Shown here in pieces: positions 41,049 through 55,056 of a stretch of 64,000 bases of DNA; the stretch's first letter is position 1, and each line of letters starts with the position of its first letter. A program made the position numbers and the translations under genes. Below the pieces are notes generated by a model. The model saw nothing but the letters and a program-made list of their open reading frames with translations, made no database searches and was not told where the DNA came from. Source of the DNA: Paramecium tetraurelia. Lineage: Eukaryota. The stretch is from the NCBI GenBank assembly GCA_000165425.1, contig CT868065.1, positions 1 to 64,000 of the forward strand, given 5' to 3'.

Positions 41049-42656
41049 ATGAAATAAAATAAAAAAAGATTAAGTTATATAAAAAATCAAAAGCCTGCAA
41101 ACATTGAATGGATATTAAATCTTCTTGATTAGATACCTAAATATCAATTATAATAAAGCAACCTCAAATCAGCAACCTAAATTTAACTGTAAGGATTATA
41201 AGATTGTGATCAAATACTCAAATCGGAACTTTATTCTTTTAACAATAAGACAAATAAATTTTAACAGATAACATTTTCACTCTACCCCAATATGCTTATC
41301 AATAACTTCGGAGAATTCCTCATACTATCTACTTGTATCATGATTAAGAAGATTATCTAATATAAAGAGTTCATTGCCCAAGGTGTTCTATTGTATAATC
41401 ACCATGGAAATCTATTTATATTTTATGAATCTTACGTTTAGCAATTAAATGTACCTATATTCCTTATTCTTAGTGGGAAAAATAATTAAAAAGATTTTGT
41501 AAACAACAAAATTTTTCTTAAAAATATACCATCAAAGAAAAATTATCCATTCCAAATCATTTTGTTTGTGTGAAAAATAAAAACAGTAAGAAATTATTAA
41601 ATAACAATAGATCGAATTTACACAGTACAAATGATAAGATTTACTCATTTAAACGAGTAAAATTATGAACAATTAATGAACGAAATAAATATTTTGATGT
41701 GTTTTAAGTAGAGTGGTCTAAATTAATTCCATGCATTATTTGAAGATGGAGAAATCCTATACATTTTGTACGATTATTGGATAGGGGACACCTTATTTAA
41801 ATAGTTGTAATAAGGATTGCTACTAACTATGCAACAAATTTCTCAAATTATTTATCAATTAATAAAAGTATGCAGATTTTTAACAATAAATAATCTTTAT
41901 CATGCTGCCATATTACCAACTAATATTATCTTATTGAGAAACAATAATAATGCTCAGCAATAAACAAAGATTACTTTATTTAACTTCAGTTTTAGAGATG
42001 TAAATTAAGTTCCTTCGATAATATAAAAATTACCAAATGCTTGGATACCTCCTGAGTTCTCTTGTTTAAATGTGAAGTAAGACTTTGCATAAATTGATTT
42101 ATATTAAATTGGAGTTTTGCTTTACTACTTAACAATATTTCTGCCTGAAAACAATATCAAACAAGGTCCCTTTAATAAGACTATTGATAATTTTTAGATA
42201 TAATATGCCTGGCTCAAAGGATTATAACATAAAAGCCCAATCCCTTACTCATATTCATTAGTTGATTTCTTATGCTAACTATTAGATCCAAATCCTCAAA
42301 CCAGAATCACTTATTCAGTTGCGATTTGTCATCAATGGCTCATAAATTAAAAGCATTAATAAAATCCGATCGAAAAAGATAATATGAAAATCTTAGCATC
42401 TTTAAGAACTATTTTAGAATTGAGAGAATAAAACTCTAACGATTATGCATCCTCTTAAAGATTCGATCAAAAGTTAGAATAACATATAACAAGTTCTTCA
42501 GAAGAGGATGACTAAGTATAGACTGTGGATGATTATCTTCATAGAATATCCAAGGAAAGAAATTGTATTCCTCACTATATAAACCTCATGAACATAATTA
42601 CACCTTGCAAACACCCTTCTAGAAAATCGCTTAACGATTAAATTCAATTTGTTTGA
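41049..42656 (+). CDS. PH-like + CAMK-type pseudokinase
   Basis: NEINIL, FEDGEILYILYDY, YHAAILPTNI (HRD lost), NFS (DFG lost), WIPPE, DLYQIG, LLDPNPQTRIT. Introns 41451-41473 and 41586-41610. 520 codons. Confidence 0.75.
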
Positions 42657-42976
42657 TTTCACTCTATATTTATCAAATTTTTACCTACATATTAATTTAA
42701 AATGTAATAGTTCTCTAAAAATGAAAGGATTAATAATATTTTTGAGTTCTTGAAATTATAAAATCTAATACTCAATTGTATCTTATCAATTATTTTTGTT
42801 GTTTTTATTTAAAAATAATTACTAATACCTTTAACGTGTGAAAACTATTGAATATACGTTAGCATAAAGTAAATATATTATGTTATTAATCCTTAAATAT
42901 ATGATAGTAAATATCAAAATAGTTATAATATAAGGTATGATTCAATATTTAATAATATATAATATTGTTATAATAC

Positions 42977-43854
42977 TCAATTATCAGTCCAAGATGGTTT
43001 TCTCTTTTCTACAAATGCTGACATTCCCTCTTTTCTGTCTTGAGTTGCGAATGTAGAATAGAATGCTTTTCTTTCATATTTCACTCCTTCTCTTAATCCA
43101 ATGTTTTCTGCCTCGTTTATGGTGTCCTTGATCAAAGCAGCAACAGGTCTAAAATGATGATTATTTGTGCAATTACTTGCTAAATGAAGCTATCTTTTCA
43201 GCCACTTTTAATGTTTCCTCAACTAAATTTTATGCTGGAACTACTTTGCTGACTAATCCATATGAGAGTGCAGTCTGTGCATCAATGAATTCTCCTGTTA
43301 ATGTCATTTCCATAGCCTTTGATTTGCCTACTGCTCTAATTAATCTTTAAGTTCCTCCACATCCTGGAATCTAATTAAATAGGAGTATCTCTTACTGTTC
43401 CAAGTGTAATTTCAGGCAATCCAAATTTAGCATTCTCTCCTGCATAAATAATATCACACATTAATGCCAATTCAAATCCACCACCTAAGGCATAACCATT
43501 TACTGCTGCAAGGATAGGCTTTTTAATATTGGTCAAGTTTTCCCATGCTAAAGATGATATATGTTTATTACATGCAAGCATTTAGATGTTTTGAACTTAT
43601 GGGAAAGATTTGTCTTACATTTCTTTAATGTCTGCTCCAGCTGCAAATGCTTTTTCATTTCCTGTAATCACAATTGATCCATATTCAGGATTAGCATCAA
43701 TTTCCTATGTTACTTGGTTTAATTCTTTAATTAATCCATCACAAAGAGCATTCAAAGCTTTTGGTCTGTTTAATTAAATTAAGGCGACCTTTCCTTTTTG
43801 TGTAACACTGATGAAATTGTATGTGCTAAATCTGAACAATGATTTCCTAAACAT
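42977..43854 (-). CDS. ECHS1: Mitochondrial enoyl-CoA hydratase (crotonase family)
   Basis: [61 protein letters not shown]. Introns 43548-43571, 43371-43395 and 43149-43176. Basic N-terminal presequence. Confidence 0.93.
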
Positions 43855-44724
43855 ATAAAAAATTTATTTATTTATATAAAATGACGTATTCGAGGTATGT
43901 TATATAACATTTAATAAATAATTTCAAAAAATTCTTAATCTCCGCATTCATAACAACTAAATATGTGTTAAAATAATCACTTGGTTGTATTTCTCATTGA
44001 TTAACAATCATTTAGTTGATATTTGAATAAGTCAATCTGGATTTGAAATTATTCTGTTATTCGTTTGAAAACAGTTAATGAGACTAACAATCGATACTAC
44101 AAAATTTCATAGAAGGCTTCTTCTTAAGGTATTTTTAAACATTTTTTATTTTATTCCTTAACAATTAAATTAAAAAAATGATAAATCAATTAGATTGAAT
44201 TCTACTTTCTTCAACAAATATGAGTTATGTATAAACTATTTCTAGAATCCATATCTAATTATAATTCTAATTTATATATATAATCTAAACTATTTACTTC
44301 CAAAATTTTTGAAATTATTTGCTATTTACAATGCATTGATTTATATAAGAATGATTAATTAATAAAAATTGGTCAAAATAACGAGAGCTTTTACTTAATG
44401 ATTATTAAATTAATTGATAACTTGTATCATAGGATCACTTTTATATTAATCCTAATCTAGCATGCAATTAGCTATTTGTTTTAATAATTAAAGGGGAATC
44501 TCCAAATTTATAAGCCTACTTTATGTATATTCAGAAGATAATTCTTGAACTTTCAATAGTAATAGTGAGTTTAATTTATTAATATTAATCATCAATTGCA
44601 TTCTGATGTAAGGATGGAGAGGGAATTCTTTAATGATTCGAATATATAACTTAAATTGAGATTAACAAATATTGATTAATGACTTTTGCAATGGTTTTAA
44701 TTTATTCAATTAATTTAAATATCA

Positions 44725-45776
44725 ATGTAAATCGATTAATAATAATAATCATCAACTCTAGAAAAGGAAGCTGAAAGCCCTAAGAGAAAAGAAGAGGTGA
44801 GATTGATAGTTTTCCCTTAAAAATTCCTTAATCCTCTCCTGACGTTTCGAATGAATGGGGTAACTAGAATAACCAACTAAATTCAAGGATTTTCATTTAT
44901 ATGCAGATTCTCGATATATTCAAAGTCATCATCCATTGAAAATCGGAATCAGTTGCCAGAATCCATATAAAAAAATTACGAATATTGTTATGGATCAATT
45001 CTCAGAAACAATTACTTTGTTTTATACTCAATTAGATTTTTCTTAAACTCCATGGGAATATGTTGTGAAAAGACTCGAGAGTTATGGAGATTTCGAAATG
45101 AATAAATTAAGTTTATATATTAAGAAATACAATGAACAGCTTAATTCAGGTCTGAAATAAGAAAATAATAAGACGGTAAGAACTATGAATTAATTGTTAT
45201 AGACAGTGAGTGCTTCGTACAGATCAAAGGGCTCTTACCAATACAAGTATATAAAAGAGCTGGATTAGTTCTTTATTTCGTCTGTAACATATGACATCAA
45301 ATTGATCTAAGATTTGGGATTTGCAATTCCCCAGTTTATTGAACAGTGTTTTAAGACAGGAATCCCAGAGTTTATTAATTTTAATTTATTATAAGAATAT
45401 CTTTGAAGCCAGATAGCACAAACGACCAGTACTATAAAAATGTTGTGGAATTCGCCAAACCCTTGATATTTCCAGACGAAGAACAAGATTTTTACTTGTA
45501 CTCGCATCGATATCCTCATGTATAAATGGTCAACCAATATATTTTAAGGGTCTGAAAACAAGCGTATCTTTTTCGATTGGGAAAGTAGATAAATCTACGA
45601 TTAACGATGAACTCGTCAACTTCAATTTCTATTTCGATTACAAACCTACAATCAATACTAAAGAGTCAGTTCTCACAACCAAAAAGCTCAGATCTCCAAA
45701 CAGCATATCATTCTACTATTAGATTCAAGAGAATTAGTATCATAGATGTGGATATAAGAAAACCAAACTTTCTTGA
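44725..45776 (+). CDS. Hypothetical protein ending HRCGYKKTKLS
   Basis: Open 323-codon frame after removing GT..AAG introns 44860-44887, 45370-45395 and 45520-45548. Confidence 0.55.
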
Positions 45777-46746
45777 TTAATAGCTTTATGTTTATTAAAC
45801 AAAGGTTATGATTATTATACATTAATTAATTGTTCCATTAAAATGATGAATAGCATATTTAATTGTGCTTTTTTCAGTTGATTAAAAATATAATTTCATT
45901 TTGTAATTAAAGTCCCCTTAAGTAATGATGATTATTTTAGAAAATCTCATTTTCTTGGGCACAATTCTTGAAAGACAAAATTAATACATTCCATTAATCT
46001 AGGTTAAATGATAGTTGAGGATGGATATTTCATTATTTTTCTTCCCCACCCCTCAAATATTGATTAATATTACGATGAATCATTATATTGATAAAGGTTA
46101 TTCCACATTTGATTGACATATTCTTACAAAAAATGTGATTTTACTTCTTCATGGACTAAATGAAGAATAAAATTAGTTTTATTCATTTTAATACTAAAAT
46201 TCAATTAAGAATAATATTGTTCTTCCAAATTCATAAGAATGAGTAACCTTCTTATATCTTTCCAATCTGAGATCGATTTAAAAAGTTGAATTTGGAGTAA
46301 TTATATATATTTGACATAAAATGATTTAGTAATTACGATTCTATTGTTTAGTCATATTAAAAACGAAGCAATTTTAGGATGTAATTTCGCCTAAAATACT
46401 TATTGCTTTATTTTTACGACAAAAAAGATATCTTCATTATTAATATCTTACAATACATGGTATTTCCCAGTTAAGTATTTTACATCAGGATTATTCAGGT
46501 GAACATACTTACAGTGTCTCCAATTTTAATTAAATTCTTCTGCCTTTGAAATCCGCTTCAAAAATATTGAAGAAAATTAGAAAATAATACTTAAATAACC
46601 TTATGCATCATGATAAGTTGGCGATGCATTATGATAGTTTGTAATTGTATTCTTATAATAATTTTAATTAGATATTTAACTCTGCAAATAGTTTTAATTT
46701 CTTACATAATATATATAATTAACTTAACAATGAGTTAAATAAATTA

Positions 46747-48944
46747 ATGAAGAGTTAAAGTATTTACAAGAAATCGAACCAAATTAGATCCACTTGTATC
46801 AAATCCATCGAGGCTAATCAAGAGTTCTATTTGGCAGTCATAGAATAATAAATGTGTGTGAGTATTTGTGCTTACAATGAATAAACTGGGGAAGTCTTTG
46901 TTACTTAGTTTTTAGATTGTACGACTTTTAATATCACTTCATCAACCATCTTGAGATTTGCTCCTAAGATCTTGATATCTATTGAGAACAATGAAAAAAG
47001 CATGTTTTTTAAGTAATTAGAAGACGAATTGAATGATACTTTAATCTATTTTCTGCCTCTCAATGTATTGCAAATTAAATTCGAACTCAATCAATTTAGT
47101 AAATTAGTAAAATAATTAAATTAACTTTAATTATGCTACACTGCATTGTCCTACACAGTGAATCAGCATTTGAACATCATGATTAATAATCTGCCAGTTC
47201 AATTCTACAACATCAAGGAGGTGCTGGTGTTCAATATTTAAACTACTTTGAGTCTAGATATCTTAAATCAATTATATAAACTCTTCAAGCCCATTACAAA
47301 TGGAGGTAAGAGACTACTTAAGGCAAATCTGCTTTAACCCTTTAGTACATTGCAAATGATTCACATTCGACAGTAGAATGTTAAGGAAATGCTGAGCAAG
47401 GACGATTCTACAATTCAAGCATTGAAATCACATCTGATGAAATTCAAACAAGTTGATACTTTGGCTTGTCAATTACAAAGCAAGAGCAATAAATTACAGG
47501 ATCAATTATAGTAGATATTCAAAATATACAATTTCCAAAAGGACGTAATCAATTTTACACATTACTTGAACGATTAAAAATTGAATAACATAATGGATAT
47601 AGATATCAATGGTATACTAATGAGTGATGAATTCCAGAATATAAAGTAATAGATAGAGTAATATATTGATGTGACTTTGCAATTGAATAATATTGAGGAG
47701 GACACTCTATTTTTTATTATGTTAAACGAGAAATCCAATAATTTAAAATAGAACCGATTATAATTTATATAATTAAGATAGGAAATAAATAATCTATTTT
47801 AAAGATTGTTATCGTGCTTTTGTCTCAATTTGAAGTGCAAAAAACTTAAGTCAAATGATAATTCAATAAAATGTCTCAAAAGTGGATACATTTTTGAATT
47901 GTCTGTAAATGAAGCAAGCAGGAACAACATAAATGAATTAGATATAAAGAGAATAGTTGAGAAGGAGAATGATTCCATCTCCTTCATTGATAAAAACAAT
48001 AAAAAATACAGTATTCTAACTGAGAAACTCAAAGATCTAAACAATAAATTGAACGATTGCACAGCCAACATATTATCTGAAACATAACTTTAAGTTAACA
48101 ATTTATATGAATAAATGCAGAAGCTTTGTTCTTGGATATTTTCACTTAATTGTTTGATCAGTTAATTTGATATAGCTCTTTGTATAAGAGATTACACAAT
48201 CCAAAATGTATCAAGTAAGTAATAGATGATCTTTCCCCAATTTGAGTATGATTAGTTCGTGATTAAGGACGCTTCGTACTTGTCCTCAGTGAGTTTGCAT
48301 GATGTATTCAATAAGTTGACAATTTCATTTAATTAGTTTAATATCATATATGATTACAAGGAATGTCTTTCAGAACAATTGAAATTGATTGGATAATTGA
48401 TTATACTCTCCCAAATCGGATGCACATTGCCTTGTTCACAATTCAAATAGCAATTATTAAGTTGTTTATACACTCATTTTCAGAAATATACCATTTAGAA
48501 TTTGGCTGAGAGATAGTCTTCATTTACTGCTGAAATTTAATCGTTGAACAATTTATTGGTTTCTGAATTGAGTGACTCATTAATTTTGTGTGATTCCTTA
48601 GCAATTTCATCATCGCATGAATCGAATGTGTCATTCAGCATTTCATTTCTGGAGGCCATATTCAAAAAGACTCACTTTGGGTTGTTTGGAACATAAAATT
48701 CAGATATTATGCAAATAAATGATCTTATTTAATGCAAATGCATGATTTCAAACAATAATTAGATCGACTATATATAGTAGAACCAATTGGAAGTAAACTA
48801 TTATTAATTATGTAGCAAATTCTTGATGAGGAATTTAATTTGGATTATAAGTTGAAGCTGCTTAATAAATTACAATAAACATTTGATTTTCCTTCAACAT
48901 TTTGTTTGATTTTTGAGCGCAACTTTAATAAATAATATGTTTGA
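46747..48944 (+). CDS. MSH4: MutS homologue, MSH4-like, with degenerate ATPase motifs
   Basis: LAVIE..GEVFVTQFLD (MutS domain II, no domain I), TNGGKRLLKANLLQP (domain III), ILSQIGCTLPC, SSFTAEI. 23-nt intron at 48793-48815. 725 codons. Confidence 0.72.
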
Positions 48945-48987
48945 GAGTACTAATGATTATTAAATATTTAATATTTTATATATATAT

Positions 48988-49969
48988 ATGAATTTACTTA
49001 ATTGTTTAGATTTAAGTCAATAAATAGTGAAATAGATTTTTCGAAGTAAATACAAATCGAAGGTGGATACTAACTTCAATATTGAATGTAATTAAATACG
49101 TAAAAAATGGAGCAATAATGGATAAAACCATATCGTAATCTAATTTTATTTATGCAAATCAAGAAAATAATATTTAGTGGAAGAATGGAACATCATTTGC
49201 ATCTAATAATAAATAAGTGATCACATTCAAGAATAATTTAAGAAGTGTGAATAATTGGCTTCATAAACTCCATTGTGTTAAAAATAAGACAATCAAATTG
49301 ATCACATCATACATTTGAATGAAAATAAACGAACTGATTGGATAGATCCCAGTTTAATCCTCACAAGCCAATTGTAATTATCTAACAAAGTGACAATCAA
49401 CGTGGCTTATTTATCAACTCTAGAAGTTATAGAACGAGAGATTCAAGAATCAACCAAAGACTCATTGCCATTTCGAAGGGATCGTTTTTTATCAGATGAT
49501 ATACAATAAAGTAAGTATGTATTCATATGCAATAAAGGTAATCGATTAAGGAGAAGCACCGACATTGATGGACTCAGACAGTACAAAAAGAACAAGGAAA
49601 TATTGAATAAAGTGATGAATAGAATGAATGACTCATTTTGTAAGATATCAGTGTTAATGGTTAGCTTCCACTTCCAGCAAAAATAAGTCAACCTAATTAT
49701 TGACCATTATCAACAAGAAAGATGACATTGAAATACTATCATCTCCAGAAGATGCTCAAAAGATCATAGACGAAGATGAAAATGGAGATTATGAAATCTA
49801 AATGATTATTGATGAAGAACCAATTATCAAAGGCCAAACCGTTATTATCAAGGCATAACAACAACAATTTCACCCAATTATAGATTACATTTTCAAAATA
49901 AGAAACAAGAAACATAATTATAATACTTAATTAATTGATACAATGAATTTTATTAAGAATTAATACTGA
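48988..49969 (+). CDS. Hypothetical protein, possible ATG13-like HORMA domain plus disordered tail
   Basis: QIVKQIFRSK..FNIE..W..IVIQFYL..LVEEWNI. 25-nt intron at 49640-49664, and a possible 27-nt intron at about 49511-49537. Confidence 0.55.
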
Positions 49970-50326
49970 TGTTCATTATTATTATTCTCATACTTGCAAA
50001 TGTTGCAGTGCTTCATTTTACCTTAATGTTATTCATATGCTCAACCCTATCATATATCTAGAGTGTCAATATTGGTACTCAAGAAATTATGATTATTCCA
50101 TTAATTTGTATTAATTAATATAAGTGTTGATGAACTTACTTTTCCATACTTTTGTAAAATTTGAATAACTCTTAAACAAATCTACTCAAAGTTTATTTGA
50201 ATATATGAGTACTTCTTAACATAATATTTTAATCAAGTGTGATGTGTCTATTAATCAGATGATAGTTGAATACAATACTATTGAGAGATAAATGACATAT
50301 TTATAAAATATTATAAAATATTTAAT

Positions 50327-51772
50327 ATGGCTGAATAGGAAGAATATTCTTAATGTTAAGGTCTTGGTTATACCTTGATCAAACATTCAAAGTCTGAGAT
50401 TAGAAAGATATCTGATCCTATTTATGATTTTATTTATTTTGACCAAGCAATTTGGAAGGTGATCGACAATCCAGTTTATTAAAGATTGCGAAACATCAAA
50501 CAATTAGGCACAACAAGTTGGGTATTTTAGGGAGCAAATCATACAAGATTTGAACATTGTTTGGGAGTGGGACATTTGGCATAATAATTCATTACTTCGA
50601 TCTATAAAAACCAACCATATTTGGATGGTGAAGAGGATAAAAGGAGAAATATTAAACTGGTTACGATAGCTGGAATTGTACATGATCTAGGTCATGGTCC
50701 ATTTAGTCATATGTTTGATAATCTATTGATACCCAAACTCACTAACTCTTCTGAATTGTGGTGTCATGAATAGGCCTCAGAAATGCTGTTCAACTACATG
50801 TATGATAAATACTCGCTGGGCCTGGAAAAAGATGAGGTCAACTTTATTAATGCTCTTGTTCATGGAGACAATAACAAAGTTTCTAACGGAAAGAAATAAT
50901 GGTTTTATGATATTGTTTCAAATAAAAGAAATGGCATTGATGTAGACAGAGTCGATTACATTCGTAGAGATTGCCATCATCTGGGACAACCCCCGTCTAT
51001 CAAAGATTTTCAGTATCTCATGCAAGAATCTCGAGTTATTGATGATGAGATCTGCTATCCATAAAGATATGCATTCAACATTTTTGACTTGTTTAATACG
51101 AGATACAAACTATTTAAAATCGTTTATCTCAATAGAATAAGCTAATGCATTGAATAAATGATGTGTGATATTCTGCTGTCAGTCAATTCCATCTATAAGT
51201 TTGATTAAATTATCTATGAACCTGAAAAGTACTGTAAGTTGAATGATTCCATCATTGAACAAATAGATAGTGCAGAAGGACCAGAATATGCTAAAGCCCA
51301 AGCAATAATTAAAAGATTAAAAATGAGAGAATTATATAAATTTGTAAGTGAAGCTCTTATACCCTAATCAACAATTTTATAGTCAAATGAAAAAATTAGA
51401 GATGAAATCATGGCCTACATGCCTTCGAGTGCCTAAGTCAATATTGATGAGATTTATGTATCTTAAGGTAAGGTTGGTTTTGGATCTAACAATGAAAATC
51501 CTATTAATCTGGTTCATTTCTATAAGGGATCAGATCAGGATCTCAAAATTCAAGGAAATGATACAACTACAAGTTTCTGTTTGCCAAAATAGTTCTCTGA
51601 GAAATTTATCAGAGTCTTTGTTTCAAATGTTTAAATAATATAGCCTGTTGAGAAGGCTTTTGAATTGTATTGTAAAAACAAACTTGGGTTTTCTCCAATA
51701 AATCAGGATCGATATTAAACACCTTAAAAGGCTCCGGTTGTTACAGATTTTTCTTAAATCAAATTAACGTGA
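50327..51772 (+). CDS. SAMHD1: SAMHD1-like HD-domain dNTP triphosphohydrolase (no SAM domain)
   Basis: Intronless 482 codons. DPIY..IDNPVYQRLRNIKQLG..GANHTRFEHCLGV, HDLGHGPFSH, WCHE, NGIDVDRVDYIRRD. Confidence 0.9.
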
Positions 51773-52107
51773 GCACTGATTTGCATGATTGTTAACTATA
51801 GTATTATTTGCAATCAAAAATTAAGACATTTCATTTTGCTATCTGCAATATTTAAATTGATTTTATATTTCCTAATCGTTTGGATTCTTAGCCAAAAAGT
51901 CGTTAGGAATGAATTTCTTCTCAATGTAGGTTTATAAAATATTATTATTGTTTTAATTATAAGGATTTACAATATAATTATTAAATTGTATAACTCATAA
52001 TTACAGAATGATGATTCTTAATTCGCACTAATTAATTAAATGCAAATCATTTTCTCAAGCTTACTAAAAGCCAACATATTTTTCATAATTTAAATATATA
52101 TATTATT

Positions 52108-54844
52108 ATGCAATAAGCCACTCATGTGATCTATGAGCTTGAAGATGATGAGGACAATAAATAATAAACTTCTAAACAAGTAGATAAGCTAATCTCATTA
52201 TTATAGTAAATCAAGATTGATAGAAAATTGGGAGCAGTTACTTATAAGAAATGGGGCACGTTATATAATTACTATTTCTCATTCAATCTCAAAAAAGCAA
52301 GACTGTTGTGTTACAAAACGAAGACATCCTCGTCTTACAATAATTATTATTCATTAAACAAGGGAGATTTTGTCAAGGATGAATCAGATATTGATCGATT
52401 CGAAAAAAGTTTGAAGAAAAGGAAAAATTATGAAAGTCCCCCAGATCAGAAGGTACAAATTGACTAATGACTTAAGTTAATTATTTATGTACGAACGGTT
52501 AAAGGCAGAATCTTTAAATTAGTCATCGACGAAAACGAAAATTATGATAAAATCGTAGGTTATTTATAAATTTGTTTCTCATCTAAAATTTAAACTGTGA
52601 CCTCCTTTTTTGCTTTGCTCGGCGTAGGATTAATCAAAGTAAACGATTACGAATTCAAATTAACCACTGGCATCTTTGTATCTTTGAATGATTGGTCAAA
52701 AACAAATAATAATAAATATCTCTTGAATAATCATGATTAAGGCTTAAACTTATTAATAAGCAATATCGAATTATTGGGTGGAATCATAGGTTCGTTTTAT
52801 AGAACCCAAAGTATATTCGGAATTATCTTTAACCCATTTACACAAACCATTGACATCGTATTGTTCGATAACTAAAAGTAAATCATTTTATTAAGCTATT
52901 TTAGTCCTAAAAAATTACTTTAGGGATTGTTCAAATTAGTCAAATTTAGTAGAAAACAAATCTAACCATCAGGTCGAGGGCAGCTGTTGAAATTGAGAAC
53001 AGATTAAAATGCAATTCAAGAAACCCATTATGTAGAAATAGCATAAAATGAGAATGTTAAAATATATATACACAATGAGTATCTTAACATTTCAGATTAT
53101 GAGTTGGTCTAAGGATCCATGTTCACATCCTAATATGTCGATGATCAAAATGATTTGGATGCTGATAAGTTAATATCGAATACAGCTTTAGAATTCTATA
53201 AAAAAGAATATAAACTAATAAACAGCAATGAAGATGAAACTAAAGAATTTATTATTGTTAACAGATAGTAAAAATAATTAAATTTTAATAATATTGTATC
53301 TTCTAGATGTAATAAAAGACACATTTCAATTACTACTGAGGAAATTGTTGATGAAAACTAAGGACAAGGTATTTAAGTAGCCAAAAGTATAAAAGTGCAT
53401 ATGCATAAATCAGAACAAAGTATACAAAAATAAAAATATGCTTCACTCCCTAAATTAGAATTAATTGCAGAATTTCAAACAGGGTATTTTAATTAAATTG
53501 AGAACATCGATTAGGTGAAATAACATCTATTCAAATAAGAATAATAGCAATAATAAAATGGAAAGGACGTATAAAATACATAATAAGAATAAAATAAAGA
53601 AAATAAGGAATAAAAAATACTAGAATGTTAACAAAAAGAGCAAGATAATGATTCAGATGAAATTGATTTGGTTAAGTTTTCAATAGTTTTTGAAATATCT
53701 GAGCATTGCCCTTATAGAGATTATAGTTCAATAATGAATTACGCTGTTAGTTTTAAGAAAATAGATTACAAAGATGAATATAGAGTCAGTATTGCTCATA
53801 AAAGTGGAGGAACAGCTTGTTAAGATAAGAAGATTATTGAATTAGCAAGAAGTGTTGGAAAAAACATGATCAAATAAGTGGGTTAGAAATTATTAAGTGG
53901 TAATTTCAATCTTACACAAGTTTCCTTTCCAGTAATTCAATATCTTATAAATGTATTTAGATCAAAGCCATGATTCCCAAATCTGCCTTAGAAAAAACCT
54001 TCATGTAAACTATTCTCTTTCCGTTATATTTAAATAAGGCAGCATCCCTTTAAGATCCTCTTGAACGAATGAAACTCTCAATTGTCGGATTACTATCTAA
54101 TTATATTTAAGCTAACTCTTTTCTAAAACCTCTTAATCCTATATTGGGGGAGACTTTTGAAGGAGGTTATGAAGATGGAACACAATTATTTTGTGAATAA
54201 GTAATTATTAAATATCAATCTATTAGATATCTCATCACCCTCCACTTTCTTATTTCTTAGTTTACGGACCAAAAAAGTCTTATAAATTTTATGGTTACTC
54301 TCTCTATGAAGCAAAGGCAGGATTCAACTCTCTAACCATATTGAATCATGGTAAAAGAACATTATAATTTAATGATTAAAAAATACAATGCACATTCTCA
54401 TCAGAACATTACTCTGGTACTTTTTTAGGAACAATGAAAAATGAATCGCAAGGCTCTCTTTAATTTGTTGATGAGGCTAATAGTAAATAGTTTAATTTAT
54501 GAGTAGATTTAAAATGTGTCGTCTAACTAGGAAAGGTGAAAAATAAACCAACCGATTATTTTGAAGGAGAGATCAAAAGAGGAAAAACAACTCTAAACAA
54601 ATTATTTGGCTCATACATGGGATTTGCTGATTTCGATGGTGTTCGATATTGGGATGCCAGAGTTGTTAAACCCTTCGCAATGCAGATATTAAAATCTTCT
54701 CTTGAATCAGATCATGCAAAAAGAACAGATAGAATCTTTATGGTACAAGGTGATATGGACAAAGCTCAATCTGAAAAAGAGAGACTGGAATAACTATAGA
54801 GAAAAGACGCAGCTTTAAGAAAAGCCTAAAGATAAAATGATTGA
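52108..54844 (+). CDS. Oxysterol-binding protein-related protein with N-terminal PH-like region
   Basis: KPLNPILGETF, EQ|ISHHPP, AQSEKERLEQLQRKD. Introns 53932-53960, 54201-54226 and 54483-54506. 886 codons. Confidence 0.9.
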
Positions 54845-55056
54845 GATTCTTCTAATTATGTATATTATAAAATATAATATCAATATTACTATAAATTATA
54901 ATTATAAAAACAATAAATGTATATTAATTAATTATATTTAAATTATATTAAAAATTATTTAAAATTCTTCTCGAATTAAAGGAATTATTTAACTATTCTG
55001 ACGATACTCTGTTTTAAGGACTCAAACTTGTATTTTCGAAGAATTTCATGCAATAA

